From assembly GCF_030144855.1 (NCBI RefSeq), contig NC_082734.1, positions 5,394,001 to 5,458,000 on the forward strand: a DNA stretch of 64,000 nt. Direction: 5' to 3'. Positions within the stretch are counted from its first letter, which is position 1; each line of letters begins with the position of its first letter. The position numbers were made by a program, and so were the translations under genes. Under the pieces are notes generated by a model that was not told the DNA's origin, made no database searches, and saw only the letters and a program-made list of their open reading frames with translations. The stretch comes from Hypanus sabinus. Its lineage: Eukaryota. This document shows, piece by piece, positions 26,989 through 39,260 of the stretch.

Positions 26989-27460
26989 ATGATGACTGAC
27001 ATGCTTGATAACCACCGAGAGAGTTGGGACTCTCTAATCTGTGCAGTGGACAAGTATCGTCAGCAAACGGGCAATGATGTTGCCCTGTTGACTGCTTACC
27101 GGCCGAAGCTGCAATCAAACCTTGCCTATGTGGTCCATGGCACTGGGACTCTCTCGGACGCCACCAAGCACTACCTGGACGATATTGCTGTTTTCCACAA
27201 GACCTCTACCTACACCAACTGTGCCATCCCCGAGCGTGGCAATGCAAAAGACACAAAGGAGGATGAAAGCAGTGCTGAGGACTCCTTCTCCAAGAGCTAC
27301 CCGTCCATTTATGGCAAGGGGAGCTTATCATCTGACAGTCAGAGCTCAACAAAACTGAGACCAGCGACGGAATGTGACTCTGGAGCTGCAGAGACTGATG
27401 AGAGAACGGCCTCTGAAAGCGAAAGAGATGTGGATAGATGTAACTTGGATGATCCTTCAG
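26989..27460 (+). CDS. AKT1S1: Proline-rich AKT1 substrate 1 (PRAS40), coding exon 1
   Basis: Acceptor ...tatcccacag ends at 26970. ESWDSLICAVDKYRQQTGNDVALLTA...AYVVHGTGTLSDATKHYLDDIAVFHK aligns with the PRAS40 N-terminal domain (human [27 protein letters not shown]...[26 protein letters not shown]). Donor CAG|GTAAAG at 27460/27461, phase 1. Confidence 0.95.
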
Positions 27461-28659
27461 GTAAAGAACCACACAGTTGCAATTTCTACACTGAGTAGAC
27501 TTAACATGCAAAAACCACATTGAGTTGATGTGTAGGTGAAAGGTCAAAGAGAGGGTACTTAGGAGAAAAGGAAGGTGTGACATGGTAACGTAGTGGTTAG
27601 CAAAATGCTTTACAGCACAAGCAACCCAGGTTCAATTCTGCCACTGTCCTGATCATTGAACACATTTAATGGAACACTGCCACAAGAAAGCAGCATGCAT
27701 TCCCAAGGGCCCCACTATCCAGGCCATACACTTTTCTCTCCACTACTATCGGGTAAGAGGTGCAGGAGCCTTGGGTACCACACCAGCAGGTTTAGGAACA
27801 GTTACTGCCCTTCAACCATCAGGCTCCTGAACCAGTATGGATAACTTCACTCATCTTAACACTGAACTGATTTCATAACCGATGGACTCGCTTTCAAGGA
27901 CTCTTTACAACTTGCGTTCTCGGTGTTACTTTTACTTCCACAGTTTGGCTCCTTTTGCAATTAATTGTTTGTCAGTCTTTTATTTGTGTATGCTTTTTTT
28001 TCATAAATTCTGTTATTTTCCTGTGAATGCCTACAAGAAAATGAGTCTCAAGGTAGTATATTGTTATACATACACACACTCACTCACTCACACAATAAAT
28101 TTGACTTTGGCTGTCTGCAATAAGTTTGTATTGTCTCCCTGTGACTGTGGGATTCTTCTGGGGCTCCATTTTCCATCTATATTCTAAAGACATACGGGTT
28201 AGTGAGTTGAGTGCAAGTTATCTTGTTGCCAGAAGTACATACGGCAACATTTGCAGGCTGCTCAGCACAATCATCACTGATGTGATTTGACACAAAGACC
28301 ACACTTCACTGTCTGCTTTGAGGTACATATGACAAATAAAGCTAATCTTTAAGAGGTATCTCTGTCAGCATCTGTTATGTACCCTGGCCATTTCTTAAAA
28401 CAATTGAGACCCATGAGAAAGACCATTCTAATGTAAAACCACTGAGCAAGGACCACATTATCTCTTCAAATCATTTGTCAATATAATGCTAATACCTTCA
28501 ATTTCACTGTTCTCTCCAAAGTCCTTGCTGGGCAGTCAATCTGCATGCAAGATGTTGCTTCACAATCCACAGACCTGTACCTTATTTTCCATTTAAAGTA
28601 ATATTTTGGTTTATTTTTGACATTATCTCCCTCTCCCCAAATGTCTCCCAAAAAATGAC

Positions 28660-29135
28660 ACTGCTGCTGTGCCTCTTACCTTGTTGGCATTTAGGGCAGC
28701 AGTGAAGGACCTCCATCTCTCTGTCCTTGGCCACTTTCTCTATTTTGCCCCAGGTAAGGTTCAGAGTCCTCATTTCTGCCTCTGCAGTTGTCTTTGGTCT
28801 CCCACATTTTCTCCGTCCTTCAGGGGTCCAATGAAGTGCTATCTTGATGATGGAGTTGACCTCTCTTCTCATCACATCCCCAGTCCAGCTCTAATGTTTT
28901 CTCATGATGATTGTGGCCATGTTCTCTTGGTGATACTGGAGGAGTAGGGTGTAGCTGGAGATCTCTTTTGGCCAGAAGATAGGGAAATCTTCTGGTGGTT
29001 CATGGTGTGGAATGACGAATACTTGGCAAGGTCTTTCTCTGTCATGCACCAGCATTCTGTCCCATGCAAGAGTGTGAATAGAACACAGCTCTGGTGTAGC
29101 TTCACTATGGTTTGGACACTATACTTGGTTGATCC
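28660..29135 (-). mobile_element. RTE-type LINE 3' fragment
   Basis: LLHGTECW and IIKIALHWTPEGRRKCGRPKTT motifs. Confidence 0.8.
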
Positions 29136-30628
29136 CCTAGTGAGCAAAAAGATAGTCTGATTCTCCAGTGCAATGCCAAGGAAGCACCACTCTTTTTGAC
29201 ATCTTTCTGGTGAGACATTAAACCAACACCCTACTAGCTCGCTTGAGGAAACAAAGATCCAATATTTCACAGGTACACTCCCTGATGTCCAGAACCAAAT
29301 ATACCAACCGCAAGGCTTGATCAAGCACTTCGTCTTTGGAAAACCATGACCCTGCATCTCAAAAGCTAAAGATATTAGCTTTGTATGTCACATGTACAAC
29401 ATAGAGTGAAATGCATTGTGTCAATGACCATCAGAGATCAAAGGTAGGTAGCCTGCAAGTGTTGCTGCACTTCAGGTAATAACATAGCATGCCACAACCC
29501 ACTAACTCTAACCGTACTTCTTTGGAATGTGGGAGGAAACTGGAGCACCTGGAGGAAACATTTCAACAGGAAGGAATATACAAACTTGTTTACAGAGACG
29601 CCGGAATTGAACTCTGAACTCGCTTCGAGCTGTAATAGTGTTGTACCATCTGCTATGCTACCGTGAAGTTTTAATCTTCACTGTCTTTGTATGCAGAGCT
29701 AGTTATTTGTGTACTGTGAACTTCCCAAGGGAACTTGTCTGTGTTAAACCCACCGACCAGCTGTGAATTGAGATTTGATCCAGATTTCCCATTCAGAAAG
29801 CAAATGACCCAAAGAAGAAAAATGATGTCATGCTGTTAGAATGTGCACAGACATTACGGATTTCCCGTGTCTCTGCAGCAACTGAGCCATGTGGCCATTC
29901 CTCCTTAACTGCTTGTGTCCTGTCTGCATTGAATGGGGTTTCCCTGACATGAAATAGAATGCAAGCTGCATAACACTGGGTCAAGTTTCTGAAGATTGTG
30001 ATGAACTCTGGGCTATAGTACCCTACATGCCATTTCAGTACGAGCCAGATTTAAATAGAGCTATGTAGTTATCTGGTTAACTATGATCTTTGATCAGCTA
30101 TATTCCTGCTGACTGGCCCTCACTTCCCCAATTTCTGCAAGGTCAGGTCCAAAAGTATCGCTTCTAACCAAAAATAATCCTTGTTCATTTCCTAGTAAAA
30201 ACATTGGACTTTCTCCACTATACCTTGTGTTTTTGATATGTAAATAGGTCATAAAGTGGAGGAACAGTTTACTCTTAAGACCTCGGGGTCATGATCTGAC
30301 ATTCCTACAGTCAGGTTTCCTTCTCTTTATCCTAATAGCCCTCTTAACTGATTACATCCATCTATCACGTCCTTGAACTTAAGACTGTGTCCACAGCCTT
30401 GTGCAAAGAGTTTCAAAAGCTTGCAACCTTCCGAGATAAATTCTTCCTCATCTTAATTTTTTAAGTGGGCTCCCTCTGATGTGAGACCTTGTCGTCTGGA
30501 TTTGGACTCTCCTATGAAAGGAACTCCTTGCAGCCTTTGCCCTGTCTAGCCCCCTTTTTTGCTGTGTATGTTTCAATAAGATCACCTCTCTTTCTAAATT
30601 GTCCCATCCTGTTTAACCTTTCCTCGTA

Positions 30629-31160
30629 NNNNNNNNNNNNNNNNNNNNNNNNNNNNNNNNNNNNNNNNNNNNNNNNNNNNNNNNNNNNNNNNNNNNNNNN
30701 NNNNNNNNNNNNNNNNNNNNNNNNNNNNNNNNNNNNNNNNNNNNNNNNNNNNNNNNNNNNNNNNNNNNNNNNNNNNNNNNNNNNNNNNNNNNNNNNNNNN
30801 NNNNNNNNNNNNNNNNNNNNNNNNNNNNNNNNNNNNNNNNNNNNNNNNNNNNNNNNNNNNNNNNNNNNNNNNNNNNNNNNNNNNNNNNNNNNNNNNNNNN
30901 NNNNNNNNNNNNNNNNNNNNNNNNNNNNNNNNNNNNNNNNNNNNNNNNNNNNNNNNNNNNNNNNNNNNNNNNNNNNNNNNNNNNNNNNNNNNNNNNNNNN
31001 NNNNNNNNNNNNNNNNNNNNNNNNNNNNNNNNNNNNNNNNNNNNNNNNNNNNNNNNNNNNNNNNNNNNNNNNNNNNNNNNNNNNNNNNNNNNNNNNNNNN
31101 NNNNNNNNNNNNNNNNNNNNNNNNNNNNNNNNNNNNNNNNNNNNNNNNNNNNNNNNNNNN
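30629..31160. other. Assembly gap
   Basis: Run of N. Confidence 1.
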
Positions 31161-31265
31161 NAACTTTAAATTTCAGGAGGATCAGAATTGTTCACAACAC
31201 TCCAGATATAATCTTAGTATTGTGTTGAACAGTTGCAGTAAGAATTCCTTACATTTGTATGTTAG

Positions 31266-31879
31266 ATGGCCACTTCATTATATTAAGTCTCTGTACACCT
31301 TATTAATACAAATATCTAATCAGCCAAATGTGTGGCAGCAACTCAACGCATGAAAGTATGCAGACATGGTCAAGAGGTTCAGTTGTTCAGACCATCAGCG
31401 GAATGGGGAGGAAATGTGATCTAAGTGACTTTGGCCATGGAATGATTGTTAGTGCCAGTTTGGGTGGATTGAGTATCTCAGAAACTGCTGATCTCCTGGG
31501 ATTTTCATACACAATAGTCTCTAGCATTTACAGAGAATGGTGCAAGCAAAAAAAAAAAAAAAAATCCAATCGGGCAGTTCTGTGCGCAAAAATCCCTTGT
31601 TAATGAGAGAGGTCAGAGGAAATTGCTGTAAAACATTAAGTTTCACAACATATGCCAATGATATTAAACCTGATTCAGATTCTGTGTGTGGCCAGACTGG
31701 TTTAAGCTGACATAACTGCACAAATCAACAATGGTGTGCACAAGAGCATCTCTGAACACACAAACACACAACACATCCAACTTTTCAATGGATGGGCTAC
31801 AGCAGCAGAAGACCACAAACGTACACTAAGTGGCCACATTTAGCTTCCAGGAGGTATCTAATGAAGTGGCTACTGAGTG
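31266..31879 (+). mobile_element. Non-autonomous Tc1/mariner derivative (same family)
   Basis: MGRKCDLSDFGHGMIVSA...SISETADLLGFS...YREWC remnant; right TIR ending gtggctactgagtg. Confidence 0.85.
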
Positions 31880-32049
31880 TCTAGTGCAGTTATGGTTGCA
31901 TTACTGTTCCTTGTACTATTATTTACAGGTTGCTAGGTTGAAAATTACCACCTTGCTGTTTCCTTGTAGTTGGCATGTCTGTTCTCCATGCTAATATGTG
32001 GAGTCAAGCACCTTGGTCTCCGATATGACCACCTTTTACTATTAGATTA

Positions 32050-32495
32050 GACAATTTACTAGGATGTTACCTGGGTTTCAGCAATTAAGTTACAGAGAAA
32101 GGTTGAACAAGTTAGGTCTCTATTCATTGGAGCGTAGAAGGTTGAGGGGGGATTTGATCGAGGTATTTAAAATTTTGAGAAGGATAGATAGAGTTGACGT
32201 GAACAGGCTGTTTCCATTGAGAGTAGGGGAGATTCAAACTAGAGGACATGATTTGAGAGTTAGGGGGCAGATGTTTAAGGGAAACACGAGGGGGTATTTC
32301 TTTACTCAAAGAGTGATAGCTGTGTGGAATGAGCTTCCTGTAGAAGTAGTAGAGGCCAGTTCAGTTGTGTCATTTAAGGTAAAATTGGATAGGTGTATGG
32401 ACAGGAAAGGAGTGGAGGGTTATGGCCTGAGTGCGGGTAGGTGGGACTAGGTGAGATTAAGGATTCGGCACGGACTAGGAGGGCCATATGGTTAT
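32050..32495 (+). mobile_element. CR1 LINE 3' fragment (intact ORF2 C-terminus)
   Basis: LSYRERLNKLGLYSLERRRLRGDLIEVFKIL...FFTQRVIAVWNELP. Confidence 0.92.
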
Positions 32496-33359
32496 ATGGT
32501 TTTGATGGAAATTGAATGCCTTCAAGATGTCCAAATACATTTCCTCATTCCCTTTATCCTCTGAAGTTTCCTTGAATATTTGGTTAGTTGTACACTCTCT
32601 CTGCTTCATGGAAGTTGTACTAAATTGATCAGTTTTTTTCAAGTAGGCTTTTTTATAACAAAGTTCAAAGTACATTTATTATCAAATTATGTTTACATTA
32701 TACAACCCTGAGATTCATCTCCTTGGCAGCCATGAAACAAAGAAACCCAAAAGAACCATTAAAAAAAAAATCAAACACCTGATGATGTGTAGAGAGAAAA
32801 AAAACCAAATCATGCAAACAATAACCACAAGCAAATGGGGTTCTGAACTGAAGTCCATAGAGAGAGTCCGTCCATAGACCCTTAGGGCAAGCAGCAAGCT
32901 GAACTGGCCTGTCCCTCGCCTGGGTCCCCAACACCCTGACCTTTTCAATCTAGCCTAAATTGTTGTCCAAGTATCAGGTTCAGCTTCTTCGATACGCTTC
33001 CATATTCATTTCAACACTCTTCTCAACAACTGAAATTGGGCTAATTGGCTTTTGGGTTATCTCGCTGTTGCCTGTTTCCCTTTTTGAACAGAAGTATCAC
33101 ATTGCCAGAAGCTTGGAAAGCTCACTTCTCCAGAAGATTATACCTGGATGTCCACCATATTGTTTGCTGCTCTTAAAATCCTGGGATGGAAATGTATTGG
33201 TCATTAGCTCCATTTGTTCACCTAATATGAATTGTCATGGCTTGACAGTTAATGCCTTCCCAGCATTATTTAGGACTAATGGGGTATTTCTTCAACTGTA
33301 AAGACAAATGCAAAATGCTTTAAATCCTTTGCTGTGTGTAGCCTTTACATTATCTAGGG

Positions 33360-34080
33360 CAGGGGTCAGCAACCCGTGGCTCTTTCATCTCTGTGCTGCG
33401 GCTCCCCGTGGTTTGTTAGTTTTTGAAATGTAATTCGAAATTTGAAGATTATGGTGATCTTGTACAATCTAAATAAAACGTTGAGGCGATCCCATTTCCT
33501 GGCACATCCGAACCGGCTCACAATTAGCCACCGTTCCGGCTAAGGGAGATAGCCTACGGGGGTTTGTGAGTACGTGTCTTTTGGAGGATCCGCGCCCACG
33601 GTGGGCGGGTTGAGGGAGGCTTTAAAGCAAGGCTGTTTAGTTCGAATAAAGTTATCTTTGACTGCAGTGTCGTTATCTTAGCGCTGCGTGTAGTACACCG
33701 CCACAACGTGTTTTTTATCGCTATTAATATACGTCACCACTGCCAATCCCTGACACCCGCCAGTGCGCGATTTCTTTTAATTTTTCGATCGAAGGTAGGC
33801 TAACTATGGAGTAACCTTCAACCCAACGTCTTTTTTTTGGAGTTCAAAATGTTTTTGTTGCATGCAGAAATGTAATTTTGTTTTATCTGCAGGAGTTCAT
33901 CAATTTCATAAATGTAACACATTATAGTTTGTTTATACATAGCATAAAGGCAAAAAAAAACGTTGTATGCAGTGTTATTTCATTTTAAATGTCAAACGGG
34001 TTTTGTGGCTCCCAGTGTTTTCTTTTCTGTGGGAAATGGGTCCATATGGCTCTTTCAGTGGTAATGGTTGCCGACCCCTG
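33360..34080. mobile_element. Non-autonomous hAT (Charlie-like) DNA transposon, 721 bp
   Basis: TIRs CAGGGGTCAGCAACC / GGTTGCCGACCCCTG, perfect 8-bp TSD ATCTAGGG, no transposase ORF. Confidence 0.92.
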
Positions 34081-35022
34081 ATCTAGGGGATGAATGTTCA
34101 CTTGGGCCTCTTTTGTTTTTTATACAGTATATAGTTTTTCTTGAGTTTGTGTTCACATCTATTTTGTTGTCACCTTTTCCTAGATTCTGAGCTTCTCTTG
34201 AAGTCTACTGCTAACTTTTGGCAAGTGCATTTTCCCTTTCAACTTAATGCTTCCATTATTTTGGTTAGTTCTTTCCCTTGCTGGGATATTTCAGGGATTC
34301 TCAAATGTCTCCAGCCTTAATTTATTGTCCCAGTTCACTTTAGCTAATTTCATTATCACTCCTTTTATTTGTGTTCAACATTCAAATGAAGTACGAAATT
34401 CTGTCATGAACTGTTCTTCTGAGGCATCCATTCCCAAGGATAATACCTTTTTACCCTTTCAAATAAGTATAGCTAGAAGACAATTTAACCTGTATAACTT
34501 GTTTATGCACAGCCTAATACCCATGGGTAATAGGTACAAAGTAATAGGCAAGTGCTGTTGGAGTGAAGTCCCATAATGTTCTGAAGAAATATATCTGTAA
34601 CCCTAAAGTCTTCATGGATTTGTAGCTTATGTAAAATGTAATGTGACACAATGGAACCTGTGCGATCCCACGCTGATTTGCTGATGTGGTTGGATGGGAA
34701 GCTTGCAAAGGTATGTGATTTGGAACAGGGAGTGTTTTAGCATTGTATGATTGAAAGCAGAGATCAGGAGACAGCTGTTGGGGGGTTGGGGGAAGAGATG
34801 CTACAAAGAAATTAGACATTAAAGGCAAATGTGAGATAAGACAGGAATGCAATTAGGGGGTGAAGTGACCTCAAAGACATGAAGTTGATGAATTACTGCA
34901 CATCGTAAATGTATAAAAATTAACTGTTTTCAGCTGTAAGATTGAAGATGTCTACTGATGACTTAACATACGGAGGTAGTCTTCCCTTGCAAGTAATAAA
35001 TTTGCATATAATTTGATCCACT

Positions 35023-35235
35023 TGTAGCAATGTGCTACACACAGCGCTGAAGTAACGACACGCAGTCGGTATGCCCTTTCGAGACTAGTTTTTCAAACTT
35101 CGCGGCACTGGCGTTTAATCCCTAGCGCCTGCCCTCTCTGGGCGGAAATGACATCAGAGGTGCATTACCAAAGTCTCTCCCTGCGCGCTGGCTACTTGTG
35201 AGCCGGTTCGCCTGCACAGAAAGTGGGTCACCACA
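35023..35235 (-). repeat. 3' LTR of Gypsy element
   Basis: Direct repeat of 39058-39260; adjacent to a poly-C run (PPT on - strand). Confidence 0.95.
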
Positions 35236-38200
35236 TAACCCCCCCCCCCCAAAAAAAGAACCGGCGATACACCCCCCCCCCCCCCCCCCCCCAATGTCCA
35301 CAGTCTGGATCAGCCTCTGTTTGGGAGGTCTGCCTCTGCGCCACGGTGCCTGAACCTCGACTGGCTGTGCCAAGTCCTCATGGGCTGGTTTGAGTCGGTC
35401 CACCGTGAAAACCTCCTCTTTCCCCCCCCCATGTCCAGAATGTACGTGGACCCGTTGTTGTTGATCACCTTGAATGGCCCCTCATACGGCCGCTGTAGCG
35501 GTGCCCAGTGTCCGCCCCTTCGTACAAACACAAACTTACAGTTCTGCAGGTCTTTGGGTACATGGATCAGGGTCTGTCTGTGTTGTGAAGTTGGTACGGG
35601 GGCCAGGTTGCTGAGCCTTTCGTGTAGTCTGTCCAGGACTGCTGCAAGTTCTTCCTCTTGCCCCCTTGGGGCTGGTATGAACTCTCTTGGGACGGCCAGG
35701 GGCGCGCTGTACACCAACTCAGCCGACGAGGCGTGCAGATCCTCTTTGGGCACTGTGCGAATTCCAAGCAGGACCCAGGGAAGCTCGCCCACCCAGTTAG
35801 GTCCTCTCAGGCGGGCCATGAGAGTCGACTTCAAGTGACGGTGGAAGCGTTCCACCAGTCCGCTCGACTGTGGGTGGTAGGCAGTTGTGAGGTGTAGCTG
35901 CGTTCCCAACAGGCTGGCCACAGCCGACCACAGGATGGAGGTGAACTGGGTGACTCTGTCAGAGGTAATGTGGGCCGGTACCCTGAAGCGTGCTACCCAG
36001 GTTGCGATCAGAGCTCAGGCGCAGGAATCGGCAGATGTGTTGGTGAGCGGGACCACCTTTGGCCACCTCGTGAACCGGTCTACCATAGTTAGGAGGTACC
36101 GCGCTCCGCGGGACACTGGTAGAGGGCCCACGATATCCACATGAATGTGGTACCTCCGGTGGGTGGGTTCGAACTGCTGTGGCAGGGCTTTAGTATGCCG
36201 CTGCACCTTGGCTGTTTGGCACTGCGCACACATTCTAGCCCATTCACTGACCTGCTTGCGAAGTCCGTGCCACGCGAACTTGCTGGAGACCAGCTGGACG
36301 GTTGTCCTGATAGATGGGTGCACCAAACCGTGTATGGAGTCGAAAACTGCCGCCTCCAGGCTGCTGGGACGATGGGGCGAGGTTGTCCGGTAGCCACGTC
36401 ACAGAGGAGGGTCCTCTCACCTGGGCCTACGAGAAAGTCTTGCAGCTGCAAACCTGAGACTGCGGTCCCTTAGCTGGGCATCTCGTCATCTGCCTGCTGT
36501 GCCTCCGCCAGTGCTGCATAGTCCACCCCCAGGGACAGGACCTGGACAACTGGTCTGGAGAGCACGTCTGCCATGACGTTGTCCTTTCCTGAGATATGCT
36601 GGAGATCCATTATGTACTCGGAGATGTAGGACAGATGTCGCTGCTGGCGAGCCGACCAGGTATCGGACACCTTTGTGAACGCGAAGGTCAATGGTTTGTG
36701 GTCCGTGAACGCGGTGAACGGCCTGCCTTCTAAGAAGTACCTGAAATGCCGGATTGCCAGACACAGTGCCAATAGCTCCTGGTCGAAAGCACTGTACTTG
36801 AGTTCAGGTGGTTGTAGGTGCTTGCTGAAGAACGCCAGGGGTTGCCAGCGCCCCTCGATGAGCTGCTCCAGCACCCCACCGACTGCTGTGTCGGATGCAT
36901 CCACCGTGAGGGTGGTCGGAGTGTCTGTTCTGGGGTGCACCAGCATCGCGGCATCTGCCAAGGCTTCCTTGGCTTTAACGAAAGCGGCTGCGGCCTCCTT
37001 GTCCCAAGTAATGTCCTTGCCTTTACCCGACATGAGGGTGTACGAAGTGCGCATGATACGGGCTGCTGAGGGGAGAAAACGGTGGTAGAAGTTCACCATA
37101 TCAACGAACTCCTGCAGCCCTTTGACCGTGTTGGGCCGGGCAAAGTGGAGATCACGTCTACCTTGGTGGGCAGAGATGTTGCCCTGTCTTGGGTAATCCT
37201 GTGGCCCAGGAAGCCGATGGTATCGAGACCGAACTGGCATTTGGCTGGGTTGATCTTGAGGCCGAAATCACTCAGGCGGGAGTAGAGCTGGCGGAGGTGG
37301 GACAGATGCTCCTGATGACTACTGCTGGCTATAAGGATGTCGTCCAAATAGATGAACGCAAAGTCCAGGTCGCGTCCCACCACATCCATTAGCCGCTGGA
37401 ACGTCTGTGCGGCATTCTTCAGGCCGAACGGCATTTGGAGGAACTCGAACAGGCCGAACGAGGTGATGAGTGCTGTTTTGGGGATGTCTTCAGGGTGCAC
37501 TGGGATTTGATGGTATCCCCAGACCAGGTCTATTTTAGAAAAGATTCTTGCCCCGTACAGGTTTGCTGCAAAGTCCTGTATGTGCGGCACGGGGTAGTGG
37601 TCTGGAGTTGTAGCCTCGTTCAGTCTGTGGTAGTCGCCGCATGGTCTCCAGCCCCCAGCTGCTTTGGGCACCATATGCAGGGGGGAGGCCCATGGGCTGT
37701 CAGACCTCCGTACGGTCCCCAATTCCTCCATTCTCTTGGAACTCCTCCTTCGCCAGGCGGAGCTTGTCCGGGGGAAGCCTTCAAGCACGGGCGTGGAAGG
37801 GTGGTCCCTGGGTCGGGATGTGGTGCTGTACCCTGTGTCTGGCCATGGCTGCCGTGAACTGCGGTGCCAGAATCGATGGAAAGTCCGCCAGGATTCTGGT
37901 GAATTTGTTGTCCAACAGCGTGATGGAGTCCAGGTGTGGGGCCGGGAACTTGGCTTAACCCAGGGAGAACGTCTGGAAAGTCTTGGCATGTGCCAGTCTT
38001 TTCCCTTGCAAGTCGACCAGCAAGCTGTGAGCATGCAAGAAGTCCACTCCCAGGAGTGGTTGGGCCACGGCAGCCAGTGTGAAGTCCCACGTGAACCGGT
38101 TGGCACCGAACTGCAGCTGCACTGTGCGGATGCCGTAAGTCCGTATCATGCTGCCGTTTGCGGCCCTCGGGGTGGGTCCTGGCTTCCTGTTCTGGGTGTC

Positions 38201-39057
38201 ATACCCCGTCGAGGGCAAGATGCTGATCTCTGCTCCGGTGTCGACCAAGAAGTGGCGTCCCAAAGAAGTGTATGTCCCAAATGTACAAGTCCCAAATGTC
38301 ACCAAATGTCCTGGTGGCCAGCCGCCATAGTCATTAGTGGCAGCTGGCCCTGGCCCTTGCAGGGCAGGCGACAACAGCGGGCTTTTGTGCCCCACCGCTG
38401 GTGGTAGAAACACCACTGTTCACTGGCCTCCTCACTCCTGCCTCTGTGTTATGTGCGCCCCCCCCCCCCCCCACTAGGCCTGGTCTGGTCCACTGTTGGA
38501 CGTGTGGCCTGGTAATCTGACCGACAGACATCACGCTATCCCTCTTGGCTTTCCACAGCACGTCTGCCCGGGCTGCCACCTTCTGGGGGGTCGCTGAAAT
38601 CTGTGTCGGCCAGCAGCAGCAGCTCTAGGAACCCTTGCTCGAACATGGGGCAGGGCTTGTGTCCGTCAGCCAGAGACAGCATCTCGTTCATCAATGCTGA
38701 CGGCAGCCTGTCTCCCAAACCGTCCAGGTGAAGCAGGCAGGCACCTCGCTCACGCCATGAGAGGCCAAAGGTCTCAACAAGCAGCGCTTTGAATGCTTCA
38801 TATTTGCCTTCTTCCAGGGGCGACTGTATGAAATCCGCAATCTGGGCGGCCGTCTCCTGGTCAAGGGCGTTCACCACGTGGTAGTAACGCGTGGAATTAG
38901 AGGATATCTGCCGAATCTGGAACTGAGCTTCTGCTTGGCTAAACCACACGTGTGGTAACAGCGTCCAGAAAGTCGGCAGTTTTTGCGAAACTACGTGAAC
39001 AGATGAAGAGTCGGTCATCTTTGGTCCAAATCCTGTTTGGACCGTCGGGGTCACCAA

Positions 39058-39260
39058 TGTAGCGATGTGCTTACACACAGAACTAGAAACAACGACACGC
39101 AGTCAGTAAGTCGTTTCGAGACTAATTTATTCAAACTTCGCGGCGCTGGTTTTTAATCCCTAGCGCCCGCCCTCTCTGGGCGGAAATGACATCAGAGGTC
39201 TCTCCCCATGCTCTGGCTATTTGTGAGCCGGTTGGCCTGCGCAGAAAGTGGGTAACTACA
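39058..39260 (-). repeat. 5' LTR of Gypsy element
   Basis: Direct repeat of 35023-35235; adjacent to the PBS. Confidence 0.95.

Larger units (their letters stand above)
35023..39260 (-). mobile_element. Full-length but decayed Ty3/Gypsy LTR retrotransposon in AKT1S1 intron, antisense
   Basis: LTRs 39058-39260 and 35023-35235 (TG...CA), perfect 4-bp TSD CACT, PBS at 39043-39056 complementary to the tRNA-Trp 3' end, G-rich PPT beside the left LTR. Frameshifted gag, protease (LVDTGAEIS), RT (YLDD), RNase H (TVDASD), integrase (HHCC-type zinc finger, PYEGPF) in PR-RT-RH-IN order. Confidence 0.97.

Noticed and set aside
27461-27498. ORF-track extension of PRAS40 exon (GKEPHSCNFYTE*) as a standalone 169-aa protein
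   Set aside because: It is read-through past a strong donor; the spliced phase matches the TOS-motif exon.
37664-38407. Long plus-strand ORFs within 35380-38407
   Set aside because: Antisense shadows of the GC-rich Gypsy pol.
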